From positions 2,852,001 through 2,916,000 of the forward strand of contig OX597821.1 in the NCBI GenBank assembly GCA_951406725.2: a DNA stretch of 64,000 nucleotides, read 5' to 3'. Both the position numbers and the translations under genes were made by a program. Shown in pieces: positions 1 to 13,566 of this stretch. Position 1 is the stretch's first letter; the number at the start of each line of letters is the position of its first letter. The notes below the pieces were generated by a model. That model saw only the letters and a list, made by a program, of their open reading frames with translations, did no database searches and was not told where the DNA came from. The DNA is from Octopus vulgaris (taxonomy: Eukaryota).

Positions 1-430
1 TCCACTCCCATTCATCATTGTAGCTCCTCTATCTTCTTTCTCTTCAATCCTGTTGTCACCAGGATATGCTACCTCAATTATCAGCCATTTTCGTTCCTTT
101 TCTCTTCACTACAACAATGCCACGTTTCCGAATTTTAATCTCACCAACTCCTTCTAGGATTTGGTTATATAATGTATTTCATCTTTCACAAGCAAAATTT
201 CCCCAAGGCTGCCAATGGAGCATTTTTCCGCCAAACAATCTGCATTTGTCGCTCTCATTTGATTTTTCAATTGTGCACTCCACGTCATTTGTCCTAAATG
301 CTTGCTCTCTGTCGCACGTATAAATGTTTTGTTTCCATCTTCAATACACTCCTCCTCATCCAAAGTAAGTAGCCTTCTGCATCAGACCTGCCTCACATAT
401 CCCATGCAAACTCTTCGCAGATATTTTCCT
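1..430 (-). mobile_element. Degenerate R4/Dong-like (RLE-type) non-LTR retrotransposon fragment
   Basis: Minus-strand translation across frameshifts gives KMLHWQ..G.F...EGV and KWLIIEVAYPGDNRIEEKE, typical of the restriction-like endonuclease region. Confidence 0.7.
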
Positions 431-479
431 TTCAATGACATCTCCTTTTTCATGATTCTATCCTCTTACATTTTTTCTT

Positions 480-666
480 TCTTAACAAAATTGTCAATTT
501 TGATGCTGCTGGGCATTTGTCTTTACGTTCGAGGGTGAAAGCTGTCCGCGATTTAGCTTTGCCTTTCATGCTTTTTTCGGATCGATAGCGTAAATACCGT
601 CTAAATGTAGGGTCGTTGTAATCGATTAGCTCCTCTGCCAAAATGTCATGCCATTAGTAGAAAGAA
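480..666 (+). mobile_element. Degenerate tRNA-derived SINE (family B)
   Basis: ctttgcctttcat...gatcgatag...gtaatcgattag...agtagaaagaat matches copies at 6281 and 33459; its 3' end runs into (ATC)n. Confidence 0.6.
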
Positions 667-822
667 TCATCATCATCATCATCATCATCATCGTCGTCAT
701 CATCATCGTCATCATCATCATCACCATCGTCATCATCATCATCACCATCATCCTCATCAAAATCATCATCATCATCATCATCATTATGATCATCATGATC
801 ATCATCGTCATCATCATCATCG

Positions 823-894
<72 letters not shown>

Positions 895-912
895 CCATCA
901 TCATCATCATCG

Positions 913-990
<78 letters not shown>

Positions 991-996
991 GCATCA
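667..996. repeat. (ATC)n microsatellite
   Basis: Direct observation, about 110 units with gtc/acc variants. Confidence 0.98.
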
Positions 997-999
997 TAT

Positions 1000-1385
1000 G
1001 AAAACTCACAGTTAATTTTGCTGGGAAAGTGTTAGCTGTCCGCAGCCAGCAGACTAAGTTCACTCTTGTTTACTGGTCATGCTTCAAGAACTTTGCGAAG
1101 AATTCTTGCAGTTCCAAGCAATGCTGATTTTTGAAAGTGTTCTACCTCCACACTTGCACCAATCTTTTTCAGCCATGTTGGTAGTTGAGTGCTTATACTT
1201 CCAAGTGCACCAATTACTATTGTATCACGTCTACTCTCTTCAATTTTTATTCACCCCGACAGTGTCCGGTTTCCGATGTCTGGTCGGGTGATTGCATCCC
1301 ACAAAATTTTGTAATTCAAATGATCGCACTGGATCATTGCATCCCACAGGATTTTGCAATTCAAATGATCACACTTGATCCTTGC
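1000..1385 (-). mobile_element. 3' end of R4/Dong-like non-LTR retrotransposon
   Basis: Minus translation CKILWDAMIQCDH..TRHRKPD and IVIGALGSISTQLPTWLKKIGASVEVEHFQKSALLGTARILRKVLEA* (stop 1077-1079); about 44-bp tandem duplication at 1292-1380. Confidence 0.85.
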
Positions 1386-1392
1386 AGCCCAC

Positions 1393-1526
<134 letters not shown>

Positions 1527-2008
1527 TACGTCGCGTAGTATACAATATCGTGAGGTTGTTGATTACACAGGAAGTCTTAGTCACATGAAGGGCGAAGTTA
1601 ATCATCAAGCTGGAATTGTGAGTTTGCACGGCGGGCATTACACGGCAATCGTACTTGTAATTATTTGATTATACAAGAAAATATAGACATTTTTACTATC
1701 AAAAATATTCTAATAATCTAATTCAAAATTTTCTCCAAGAGGAATTTTGATTAATACAATATAATATTATGATGTTTACATAAAATATTACATGACCAAT
1801 CTAGCAGAAATTTCAGATATATTCCACATTAAGAAGTGATTGTTTTTGTCATATAATCGTTTACACATTAGAAACAGAACCGCCGACTATATAATTAATC
1901 AACAGACGGGTAAATAAACTTTAATAATTGGGTGACAAAAAGACGAAATTGAAATTTCCTATTGCCGGAACGATAATATATTGAAGTTTGATATTACGGG
2001 TACATATG

Positions 2009-2124
<116 letters not shown>

Positions 2125-2182
2125 CAGGCATACACACTCATGCACACACACAGATACACATATACACACAGACACACACACA

Positions 2183-2255
<73 letters not shown>

Positions 2256-2267
2256 TATATATATATA

Positions 2268-2510
2268 TACTTTTATTCTTTTATTTGTTTCACTCAATTG
2301 ACTGCCACCATGCTGGAGCACCACATTAAGGATTTTTAGTCGAACAAATCGACCCTAGGGCTTGTTCTTTATAAGCTAAGTTTTTATTTTATTGGTCACT
2401 TTTGCCGAACCGCTAGTGACGCCAACAACGGTTTTCAAAGCGAGGGTAGGGGTACAAACGCACACATACTCAGAGACAGACAGACACACTCACACACAAA
2501 TACACACATA

Positions 2511-2569
<59 letters not shown>

Positions 2570-2722
2570 GTCGGGCTTATTTCAGTTTTCCTCTACAAAT
2601 TCAGTGGCAAGGTTAGGGCAGCCTGATGCTATAGTAGAAGACACTTGCCCAAGATGACACGCAGTGGGTTTTCCACCGGCACCAAATTGTTGGAAAGCAA
2701 GCTTCTTACCACACAGAAGAGC
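2268..2722 (-). mobile_element. CORE-type tRNA-derived SINE (family A) with internal (TA)/(CA) microsatellite
   Basis: Reverse complement of the full copy at 53392-53800, including the CORE-like cttgggcaagtgtcttct motif. Confidence 0.85.
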
Positions 2723-2741
2723 GAAACTAGAAGAAGCACGT

Positions 2742-2784
<43 letters not shown>

Positions 2785-2804
2785 GTATGTATGTTTGTGT
2801 GAAT

Positions 2805-2960
2805 ATGTTTCTGTGTCTGTGTTTGTCCTCCAGCATTGTTTACCGGTTCGGCAAAAGGAACCGATAAACAAAGCTTACAAAGAATAAGTCTTGGTGTCAA
2901 TTTGCTCGACTCAAGGTGGTGCTCCAGCATGTCCGCAAAGGACTGAAACAAGCAAGAGAG
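2805..2960 (+). mobile_element. 3' half of SINE family A
   Basis: cggttcggcaaaag...gaataagtc...ggtgctccagcat...gactgaaacaag. Confidence 0.8.
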
Positions 2961-3269
2961 AAAAAATTTAATGATATTTTTCAATGTAAATTTTTATGCG
3001 TAATTTTTCTTGTCAAATGTTCTGAATTTCTCGAAAATGTGCCAACAGATATTTAGATGTACCTGTCATGTCTAAGGATTCAGCTGGTATCTCTACTCTA
3101 TTTTCATTTACTGTTGTCAGGTTATTAAAAATAGGTAGTAAGGTATTTTTAATACTGAGTAAATTAATGATATCTGCCAGAATTTAAGATATCTGAGGTA
3201 AGGTATTTGAGGACACAAATTTTTTGTGTCATTGCTGCAATTTTGCTAACACTGTATAATCTTTGTTTC

Positions 3270-4170
3270 AGAAAATATTAATGGAAGACCCTCAGCTTAC
3301 TCAAGAAATGAAGATTCATGCTGTTATTGTGGTTATAAAGGCTGAACAGAGGGATTTAGGAATATCTCGATTTTTTTAAAGTTCCCAGATATTTCGTCTC
3401 TAAAGTTTGTAGGGAGCGAGAAACTTAAGATGGAAACATATCACCAGTATCAAAGCAAAACAAAAAGCATTCTAAACGCTCTGAAATCATCAGGACACCT
3501 GAATGTATCCAGCAAGTTGGACAGACCATTGATTACAATGCCGGAAATACATGAGGTCAGTCGCAAAATATCTCCATGTGGCAGAAGGAACAATCACAGT
3601 TTTTGTCCAAGACGACATGAGATATATGTTTTATATGATGAGGATATGTCTATATGTCAGAAAAAGCAAAAGAAAATCACTACATCAGATCTAAAAGGCT
3701 CCTAACCAAACTTCAAAATCCGACAGAAGAAGGTTTGATTTCGTTTTTCTCAAACGAGAAAAATCTCGACCAAGGTCAAAAAGTTAACAAAAGAAATGGC
3801 AGATGGTTATGCGCAAACCACTCTTCCGCCTACATTGAGGCTCTGGAAATAATTGTTAAGCCCTGGATATACACTGTATGCAATGGAAGGCTATATGTGT
3901 TTCAGGAAGACCCTTCACTATCATATATGGCTCTAGTAACACAGGAATTGATGGCTGAAAATTTTGATGATCACATAACCCCTAACATCTGGTCTCCTAA
4001 TTCCCCAGATCTCAATCCATTGGACTATTAAATGTGGAGCGTTGTTCAGAGAGAGATCAAGGAATACGCCCATAACACCAAAGATTCTTTGAAAACTGCC
4101 ATAGTCAGAGTAATGCCCAAAATGAACCAAGAGAACTTGAATGGCCCATGTAGATTATTTAGATCTCATA
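3270..4170 (+). mobile_element. Degenerate Tc1/mariner-superfamily transposase, DD37D/maT-like
   Basis: ORF 3654-4031 has FFSNEK, YVFQED and WSPNSPDLNPLDY*MW motifs. Confidence 0.8.
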
Positions 4171-4363
4171 TACGAGGGGCGTATGAAAACTTTTGAGCCT
4201 TCAAGGCGTTTGAGCCTTGAAGGCGTTTGAGCCTTCAAGGCGTTTGAGCCTTCAGGGCGTTTGAGCCTTGAAGGCGTTTGAGCCTTGAAGTCTTGTACCT
4301 ATATTCGAAGTCTTGTACCGTTTTGTTTTTTTGAGGCTCAATACATTTCATACATCTTTCGTA
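4171..4363. mobile_element. Mariner-type MITE with internal 17-bp tandem array
   Basis: TIRs tacgaggggcgtatgaaaacttttgagcct / aggctcaatacatttcatacatctttcgta with TA ends; six copies of tttgagcctt(c/g)aaggcg. Confidence 0.7.
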
Positions 4364-5231
4364 GAAGCAGTTGTTGAGATATACATACATACATACGTAC
4401 ACACACAAACAGTCATACATAAATACATACATATATGCATATGCCAGGTAGTCTCCTGGAGGTGAACGAGAGTAACGTCGAAGTCACATGCAACTAATTC
4501 TTCTAAAAATAGCAAAAATCAAGTTTACTGAAAGTATTAGCATATCCTTAGATTCAATGCTTAAGTAATTTCATGTGTGACTAGACGTAAAAACAAGTAT
4601 TAATATACATATACATACCTATAGGTATATAGATAGTAAGAGAAAGAAATAGTGAGTGAGAAAAAGAGTGAGGTGGGGAAGTGCGTTAGTTTGATGTGTG
4701 CATTTGTGTGTACATGTCTTCGTGAGCGTGCGTTTCTCGGTGTTTCTATATGTATTCGTATATACTCATATATATGTGTGTCTGCCCGTTCCTATCGAAT
4801 GACACATATAACGATACTTCCCTTTATTCCCTGCCGGAATCAACCTGGATGTTAATCAATCTGAATGGCAACAGCCATCTGAAGTTTACAAAATGTGACA
4901 GCTTCTCTATGTCGTAAATTATAACACGTTTCTAAGCAAACTTCTCTATTGTTTCTGTGAGTCCTATGGGGATTGTACATTACCTATACGTTCAGTTGAA
5001 TATACTTCTGTGTACCGGTGTAATACCACATATTTCACTGGTTTACAGATACAGTTAGCTAACGTATACCGTATAACACCCTTTGGTGTGATCGTTGTTC
5101 GTAATGGTTGTGACACACATTAGTTGAGATTGAGATTACTGTGATATAAGCCATTCTAGACCTATAGATCTCGAAATATTTTATATATCTCCATATGTGT
5201 CTATATTTATATGACAGTAGGTGCACAAATG

Positions 5232-5263
<32 letters not shown>

Positions 5264-5264
<1 letters not shown>

Positions 5265-5495
5265 TTTATTTAAAGCAGCAGAAAATTCAACAAAATCTGT
5301 TACTCTGAGTTTCTCGTTGCCGTTCATCAGACAGTTTTTCCAACAAAAACTGTCTGATGAACGGCAACGAGAAACTCAGAGTAACAGATTTTGTTCAATT
5401 TTCTGCTGCTTTAAATAAAGCATATTACTCTACCACTGGTATTTGAGTACTCTTTTTTTTCCACCTTGTTTCACAGTTATGTGTTTACTCCGGTA
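5264..5495 (+). mobile_element. Fold-back PLE-derived mini-element in (TA)n
   Basis: 76-bp inverted arms 5264-5339 / 5345-5420 (1 mismatch) plus about 73-nt tail, TA repeats both sides, HHR in each arm. Confidence 0.8.
5350..5387 (+). ncRNA. Minimal type-I hammerhead ribozyme motif (mirror copy on minus strand 5297-5334)
   Basis: ctgt-CTGATGA-aCGgcaaCGa-GAAA-ctcagag-TA-acag: stem I ctgt/acag, GNRA-capped stem II, short stem III, GUA triplet. Confidence 0.8.
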
Positions 5496-5501
5496 TATAT
5501 T

Positions 5502-5565
<64 letters not shown>

Positions 5566-5727
5566 TGTGTGTGTGTGTAAAATGCCGATTTTCTTCCAAA
5601 ATTAGCCAAAAGTTATTATATCATTATTAACAAATTCAGGGTAACATAAAAACTTGAAGAAAAGTTCTTTGCTACAAGTAGTATGGCGAGAAGAAAGAAA
5701 TAGTCAATAGACTATATATTATTCATA

Positions 5728-5815
5728 TAAAAATACAGTGTACATTAGAACACATAAGAGATGGTCATAAGAGGACATCTGACCCGCTAGAAGAGTAGTT
5801 AAACGCCAAACCACT
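5728..5815 (+). repeat. Old dispersed repeat; inverted copy at about 6947-7040
   Basis: gtgtacatt..aacacataagag...cgctagaagag...ccaaaccacta shared in opposite orientation. Confidence 0.55.
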
Positions 5816-5857
5816 ATTTGGGGTTATATATAGATATATATATATATATATATATAG

Positions 5858-5889
<32 letters not shown>

Positions 5890-6114
5890 AAATGATCCAT
5901 TATGCCAGGGTGCAAAATTGTTAAACACTTAATGAAGATTAACTTGGAGGGTAGTTTGTCTTTAGTAAAAATCCATAACTTTACTAGCAAAAAAATTCAG
6001 AATGGCGATGATATATAACTTTATATAGCTCCCACGCGTTTGTAGCCCTATATATTTTATGAATACATCTTGATCTTGTAGTCTTCGTGGCAGGCATCGT
6101 AAATGTGCATTTAT

Positions 6115-6245
6115 ATTATAGTGTTCCTCTGGAATTCATTTTATCAGCCCTCGAAGTTTGAAAGGTAAATTCGACTTCGGCGGAATTTGAACTCAGGAAG
6201 TAATTATAATCGAAATACCGCAAAGCCTTAAGTCCGACGTAGTAC
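6115..6245 (-). mobile_element. SINE family B, degenerate
   Basis: gaaaggtaaattcgacttcggcggaatttgaactcag, reverse complement of the family core. Confidence 0.7.
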
Positions 6246-6280
6246 TCATTCTTTATTCTTTCATATATTAGATATTCTTT

Positions 6281-6475
6281 AAGGCAGCGAGCTGGTAGAA
6301 ACATTTGCACGCCGGGCGAAATACTTAGCTGTATTTCGTCAGTCTTTACGTTCTGAGTTCAAATACCTCCAAGGTCAACTTTGCCTTTCATCCATTCAGC
6401 GGTCGATGAATTAAGTACCGGCCGCGGCCCCCTCGCCGAAATTTCAGGTTTTGTGCGTAGAGTATAAAAGATTAT
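6281..6475 (+). mobile_element. tRNA-derived SINE family B
   Basis: aaggcagcgagctggtagaa (A box) ... gttctgagttcaaat (B box) ... ctttgcctttcatcc...gtcgatgaattaagtacc. Confidence 0.85.
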
Positions 6476-6514
6476 ATATTCTTTGATATATATATATATA
6501 TATATGTATATATA

Positions 6515-6710
6515 ATTCAGTCTGCTTGACCGCTAAAATCGACAACTTTTTTCATTCACTCTCTGTTTATTTTCTCTTATTTCTTTCTGTTGAAGAGCAT
6601 AGGCTGGAAGCGTAAAATACTTATTCACTTTTCTCGAGCGTCAAACTAATACACTTTTTTGTTGCTCATACACCTGTCTTCGTCTTTTCTGTTTTTATAA
6701 ATTTCAACTA
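6515..6710 (+). mobile_element. PLE pLTR-like fragment with degenerate HHR (6582-6619)
   Basis: tcttt-CTGTTGA-a-gagcataggctg-GAAG-cg-TA-aaata; same family as 51695 and 53252; TA flanks. Confidence 0.6.
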
Positions 6711-7039
6711 TATATAACTATACATATTTCGCTTGCCCTTGCGCGGTGGATTTGAAAAATTATAATACATAAGCAGTGGACACATGCTGCATTGCCTCAT
6801 AACTATATGTTTAATATAGGCGTATCTGTTGATGAAGACTTCACCAAGCAAATTATTTTATTTGCTAATATAAAGTCAGAAACCATGGTCCAGGAGATAG
6901 ATGGTAAATGTTTTTAATTTTCGTTCTCTTCGAAATTTATCCCTAATAGTGGTTTGGATTTTGGCTTTTCGGTCTCTTCTAGCGTGCTAAGTATCCTATC
7001 ATGGATACCTCTTATGTGTTTAAATGTACACGGTATTTA

Positions 7040-7075
<36 letters not shown>

Positions 7076-7077
7076 GC

Positions 7078-7230
7078 AGCTGCAGCGTGGAAGATGTTTG
7101 TAACCAATTTAAGAACACACAAAAAAACCGTTACATTCATTTCAACGTCTAAATTTAATTTGTGTCAAAATATTTTCTTTGCTTTGAAACCGTGACCTGT
7201 TCGCTGACACAACTTCGTGCTGCATCTGAG
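7078..7230 (-). mobile_element. PLE pLTR-like fragment with HHR-like fold (7161-7211)
   Basis: Homologous to 48185-48350; follows (TA)n. Confidence 0.6.
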
Positions 7231-7742
7231 AAAGTAACAGCTACTTCAAGATATATATGTATTTATGTATGTATATAAACAGATCAAGTCACTTGTTATG
7301 CAAGTATATCTCCGCAATTCTGATAGCTTGAGCCAGGTTACTAAAACTCTGAGGGCAGCCGTTACTTGTTGCTTGAGGAAAATAATGCCGAAGCAGCATC
7401 ATCTCATGAAATACTGCATCTCACTGAAGGTTTATCCGAAAAAGGATTCACAAAACAGTAGAAACACCAACCCTAAAAACATGACAAGCATAGAGACTAA
7501 GACATATTTTGATGACGAACCTGAAATATAAACTATATGTACAAATTGCCACTAAAAAAGGGGGAAACGAGAAGCCAACCTAAAGGGAAGAACTTACTTA
7601 ATATTCGGGAAATGAAACAATTAAAAGGCCTACTCCGACGTTAATGTAACTCTATGGAACAGGAGCGTTCAACTCGTTGAAGAGAAACGTGGACGTTACA
7701 ACTACCATATATTTATAACTACCCATATATTTATAAAACTTA

Positions 7743-7930
7743 AGGTAGCGAGCTGGCAAGAACATTGCCATGCCGGGTGAAATCCTTAGCGGCATTTCGT
7801 AAGTCTTCACCTGCTGAGTTTAAATTCCACCGAGATCACCTTTGCTATGCATTCTTTCGGTATTCATAAAATAATCCCCAATTGAGTCCTGAAGTCGGAG
7901 TAATTCACTAATCTCCTCTCTTGTGTCAAA
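7743..7930 (+). mobile_element. SINE family B
   Basis: aaggtagcgagctggcaagaa...ctgagtttaaattccaccgag. Confidence 0.75.
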
Positions 7931-8114
7931 CTTTGAAGTCAATATATATACGTACACACGTACATACATACACATACACACACACACACACATACACACA
8001 CACACATGTATTAAAATTTATATTCGGTATTCCACCAATTAATAAAACTGGCAGTGATTGTGAATGTCATTTTAATGTAGTGTTGTCGTGCTATCAGAAT
8101 GAGTTTTTGTTAAT

Positions 8115-8300
8115 AAGGTAGCGAGCTGTCAGAATCGGTAGCATACCGGTCAAAATGCCGACCGGCTATGCCAGCGGGGTAGACTTTGTTTCACCCTCAG
8201 AGTCGATGAGATAAGTACCAGTTGAGCACAGATGTCGATGAATCGACATCGCCCCTCATACGAAATTGCTGGCCTGATGCTAAAATTTGTGACTAATATA
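8115..8300 (+). mobile_element. SINE family B, internally deleted
   Basis: aaggtagcgagctgtcagaatcg...gtcgatgagataagtaccagttgagcac. Confidence 0.7.
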
Positions 8301-8619
8301 AATGTTATTAATGCTTAGCCGAAAGTTAGAATAATAATTATCAATGTTGGTTCTGAGGTCATTCCCGTTTAAATTCAAGTGAAGTTTTTTCCAGACGTTT
8401 TGTTCTAGTGAATATGGTTAGACATTCATAAAAAGTAATTGAATTTTCAGCTACTACACTGCATTGTTATAATAACAACAAGCAACAAATGAGGGGACCT
8501 TTAAGCAGTCACTCAGTGTTCCCAAGATAACAGTGAACTATTCTTAAAATGACACCTTAGAAATCTATAGTGGTATAGTGCTGTAGAAAAGGTTGTTTTT
8601 TATAACGTACTCTTAGATA

Positions 8620-8800
8620 AAAGCGGTGAGCTGGTAGAATGCTTCGCAGTGCAGGCGAAATACTTAGCGGCGTTTCCTCCATCTATAACTTTCTGATTTC
8701 GAATATCATTGAGGTCGAGATTGCTTTTAATCCATTTGGGTTCGATAGAATAAATACCAGTTAATCACTTGGTTTGATGTAATCGACTTACATCCTCACC
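8620..8800 (+). mobile_element. SINE family B
   Basis: gcggtgagctggtagaa...gaggtcgagattgctttt...gatgtaatcgactta. Confidence 0.7.
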
Positions 8801-10283
8801 TATCGATAGCTCATTGCCTGAATGCCTTTGTTTATGGATGGACTGGATTACCGATAAGACTAAATCTTGATTTTCGACGTACGTTATTCAATAGCAAAGA
8901 TTTCTTTCCCCAAAGTCAGTAGCATAGATCGAGAAACGAGTTATGTCATACTGACCTCTGTGTCAATGTCCTTAAACGTTCTTTCGTCTTTTATGAAATC
9001 TTAATGGTGTGTGAATCAGTAGCTAAGATGTTAAATATATCTTGCAGGCGAAAAATCGGTCGTGTTTATATCACTGCTATTTACTCGAAGTAAAAATATA
9101 ATGGACGCCATAAACATCTTCCCTGTCTAACCGTGCACGATTTGTTTAAAATACGGCAACAACATAATTGATTCCATATTGTCTGACGGACGTAACATGA
9201 ACGTTTGGAATTTCAGCTTGTAACAATTATAGTTTCCTATTGTGACTGCTGTTGATATTTTTTGTTGTTTAATACAATGTCAGCCATGGATTGAATGAAT
9301 TGTATTTCGAGACTTTCAGACCATGATCGTTTACTGTTCTCCGATTGATCATAATATAAACTACGTTAGTTGACATTCCTCGTTCACGTCTTTAAGATGA
9401 CAAGGCGTAATGTGAGTAATTTGAGAAAGGTAGTGCCGAAATGTTTTACTGATATAGCAATTGCACGGTGGCAAATGCTATATCTTCAGTCGTCAACAGG
9501 TAGTGAAACCCATACATGATAAACGGAGAAACAAAACACGCTAAAACAGCCAAAAGAAGTCTGTCAAATTAATAAGCGTAGAATACAGTGTCTAAAGTCC
9601 CTGCGAATATGCGAAAGGTTCATAGTTTGAATATCTTTCAGGATGCGACTGATATATAAGCGTCCTGTACTCAAATTGCCGAAATGACCCAAAAGCCGTA
9701 GCAAGAGGTAGAGCATCTGAAAATAAAAGAAAATATACAGCAGTTTCCAGTACTAAAATAGAAAGTCACTTTCGAGAAAAAATAGCTCACAAAATAACAG
9801 TGTTAATATTATCTAAAAATGCTACGCTTGATAATTCGAAATTGCAGCCATGATTATTAGCACATAGTGAACACTTAACTATAATAAAGATATCCTCACG
9901 TTTATTCTAAACAACCATTTAAATACTAAAATAATACACAGAATCACCATCGGTACAGAGAAACTTCATATTACTATTTCGCGAGTAGTTAATGTCCATC
10001 TGGAAAACAGTTCGATTATCAAGCGTAGGTTTTTATGACAAGTTAAAGAAAATCGGAAACTATGTATCAATCGTTTAGAGAATGATTGACTCAGATACAT
10101 AATCTGTATAGAAACCAATAGAAAAGTCACTGTAGGGTTAGTTAAGTCGGTGAGGAGAAAAAAAATATAACTGCAAATACATAGATAATGCAGTGTCACC
10201 ATCGGATTAAAAAAATGTAAATGCTATGGTGAGAAAATTAAAAGCCAAAATGTTTATAAATTTGCAAGCAAGGTCTGGATTCG

Positions 10284-10496
10284 AAGCGGTGCTGAAAAGT
10301 TCCTGGTTTTAAGGGTATCGCGAAAGAGCAGGCTAGGGGTCCAACCTCCCGAATTCGTTTACAAGGCTTAATAAAACTGAAGGACTGCTGGAATAAGTGC
10401 GCGAATCTGAGAGGGAAAGAGGTCGAATGAAATCATAACTGACCCTCCTGTATTTTCGTTTGGCCAAAGCCGGAAACTTTTCAGCATCCTCTTGTA
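10284..10496. mobile_element. Mariner-type MITE
   Basis: Inverted termini gtgctgaaaagttcctggtttt / aaagccggaaacttttcagcatc. Confidence 0.65.
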
Positions 10497-10883
10497 AATT
10501 GAAATTGTATTTAGTTATCATCCTTTCCTTCTGACCTACTATAATGCCAGTCTGTACTTCGTCGATTGTCTATACCAAGACGCCAAATATTGGCGAAGTT
10601 TAGTCCGTGTAATCTCTCGTTGACTAAGTGGGGAAAACAAAGCACTCGTCTTATATTCTTGATCGAGATATTAAAAAAGTTATGGACACATAAACAGGAT
10701 TTGGACTCAATATGAAACTCGGGGAATTAATGACCAAGAAATATTCTTGTGATCGAAGTCATACAAGAACAAGAATCATGGAAACAAACAGTATGGCATA
10801 TGCTATCTTTATTATATTTGTCAATGATATACATTTCCAAGAAGTTTTAATTGGAACCATTTACTCAAACATATATCTGTCAG

Positions 10884-10978
<95 letters not shown>

Positions 10979-10990
10979 ATCTATATGTCA

Positions 10991-11048
<58 letters not shown>

Positions 11049-11066
11049 ATATCCATATATCTATCC

Positions 11067-11097
<31 letters not shown>

Positions 11098-11104
11098 AAT
11101 CTAA

Positions 11105-11157
<53 letters not shown>

Positions 11158-11220
11158 CATCCACATATCTCTGTATCTATCTATCTACCTATCTAACTAT
11201 CTATCAATCTATCTATATGT
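10884..11220. repeat. (TATC)n / GATA microsatellite
   Basis: Direct observation. Confidence 0.97.
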
Positions 11221-11888
11221 CTGTCTCAGTACATATATGTGTAAAAGTCTGTGTTTCATAGTATGCGCAAGTATATATGTATATATGCTTATTTATATAT
11301 ATATATATACATGTGTGTGTGTGGGTGTGTGCGTATGTGTGTGTGTGTGTGCGTGTGTGTAGGTGGGCACGGATGTGCGCCTGTGTGCGTTTGTATGTGT
11401 ATAAACACATACATTTCGAACTGGATACATTTTTCCTGTTTGCGCATTATTATATCTAAATACGAACAGTACACACAAGTGACACACATGTACACATACG
11501 CGCGCGCGCACACGCACAAACACACACACACACACACTCATGCTCAAACAAACATATTTAAACACAAACATATCCAATGATACACGTAAGATGAGCTCGA
11601 ACATACATACGCCCACACACGTCTACGCGCGCACATTTACATCGTGAGGGAGAAGTGAAGAGAGAAGGTGAGCGAACATGTATACCATTGAGATCTTGAG
11701 ATGTAGACGAATTTTATTACGTCTTTTAGACATTTTGAGTGATGCTAATATTTCTGTAACATGCAATATAAAAGAAACTAAATCGATCGTAAAAAATTCA
11801 AAAAGATAAATTGCATAATATATCAAATGCGAACAGCGAACAGAAAAAAGTAGAAACAAGAAACCTCTGCAATATAAATATAAATACT

Positions 11889-11986
11889 TATGTATGTATG
11901 TATGTATGTATGTATGTATGTATGTATGTATGTATGTATGTATGTATGTATGTATGTATGTATGTATGTACGTACGTATGTATGTA

Positions 11987-12081
<95 letters not shown>

Positions 12082-12110
12082 ATATATATATATATCTATG
12101 TATGTATCTT

Positions 12111-12157
<47 letters not shown>

Positions 12158-12411
12158 GTTTGTATGTGCGTGTGTGTGTGTATTTTTGTGTGTACGTATA
12201 CGTATGCACTGATATACACACTCTCATATATACATATATATATAAAGTATATATGTACATATATATAAATATAAAATAAATATATTCATACATACACACA
12301 TATACATGTATGTATATGTATGTATATATGTATATATAAACATATATACGTGTATATATCAATGCATACATATATAAATATATACATATATATATATACA
12401 TATATATATAA

Positions 12412-12492
<81 letters not shown>

Positions 12493-12532
12493 TGTTTATA
12501 TATATATACACATATATACATATATATATATT

Positions 12533-12592
<60 letters not shown>
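11889..12592. repeat. Compound (TATG)n/(TA)n/(GA)n microsatellite field
   Basis: Direct observation. Confidence 0.95.
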
Positions 12593-12595
<3 letters not shown>

Positions 12596-13281
12596 GCAGC
12601 TATAGAAAGATACGTAGAAAGATACATAGGTATATAAATCATGTACACATTTCATGCTGGCTTCAACTGAAATTCAAATATAAAGCATATTGTTCAGTAA
12701 AGAGGAATATTATCTTCAGAGATATTCTGTTTCACTAATGGAAAGAATTTCTATGCAAACTTTGCGCAACTGAATATCATCAGATGTGGCTAAATACCTC
12801 TTAATAATGTTCTGATGGGACAGCTTATATCGACTTCCCATATTATGTTCGTATTTTGACTCTAACGATGTATATATCTCTTTCTATTTTCTTTTTATTA
12901 TACTACGAAAATTCATTGAAGATAAGTGGTTGAGCTCAAGAGATTTTCGTATAGCTTTCTTTAAATGCGAAACATCTAATGACTAATGTGGGACGTAGTG
13001 CTAATAATGATGTTTTTCTGAAATGCAAATATGTATATATAAGAATTTTGTTTGTTTTATAAAGTTCATTTGATGGAGAATAATCACAGGGGTACACGTT
13101 CAATATGTCATTTTGACCTACCACGAACCCTCACATTTCAACATTATGTATTTACACGGTGAACTTCAAATCACGAAATTCACCGAATCTGTGAAATTCA
13201 TGAATCTGAAAGAGGAACAATAATCTTGGACGATTATTATAGAAATCACAATCGAATGTTGAGATGCAAAGAAAGAGTATT

Positions 13282-13527
13282 TTTTTTTACTCTTTTACTT
13301 GTTTCAGTCATATGGCTACGGCCATGCTGGAGCACCGCCTTAAGTCGAGCAAATGGACCCCAAGACTTATTGTGTGCAAGCGTATCACTTATTCTATCGG
13401 TCACTTTTGCCGAACCGCTAAGTTACGGAGACATAAACACACCAGCATCGGTTGCGAAACGATGGTGGGGAGAGATGAACACAGACACACATACATATAT
13501 ATATGTATAAAATGAAATAAAAAACAG

Positions 13528-13566
<39 letters not shown>

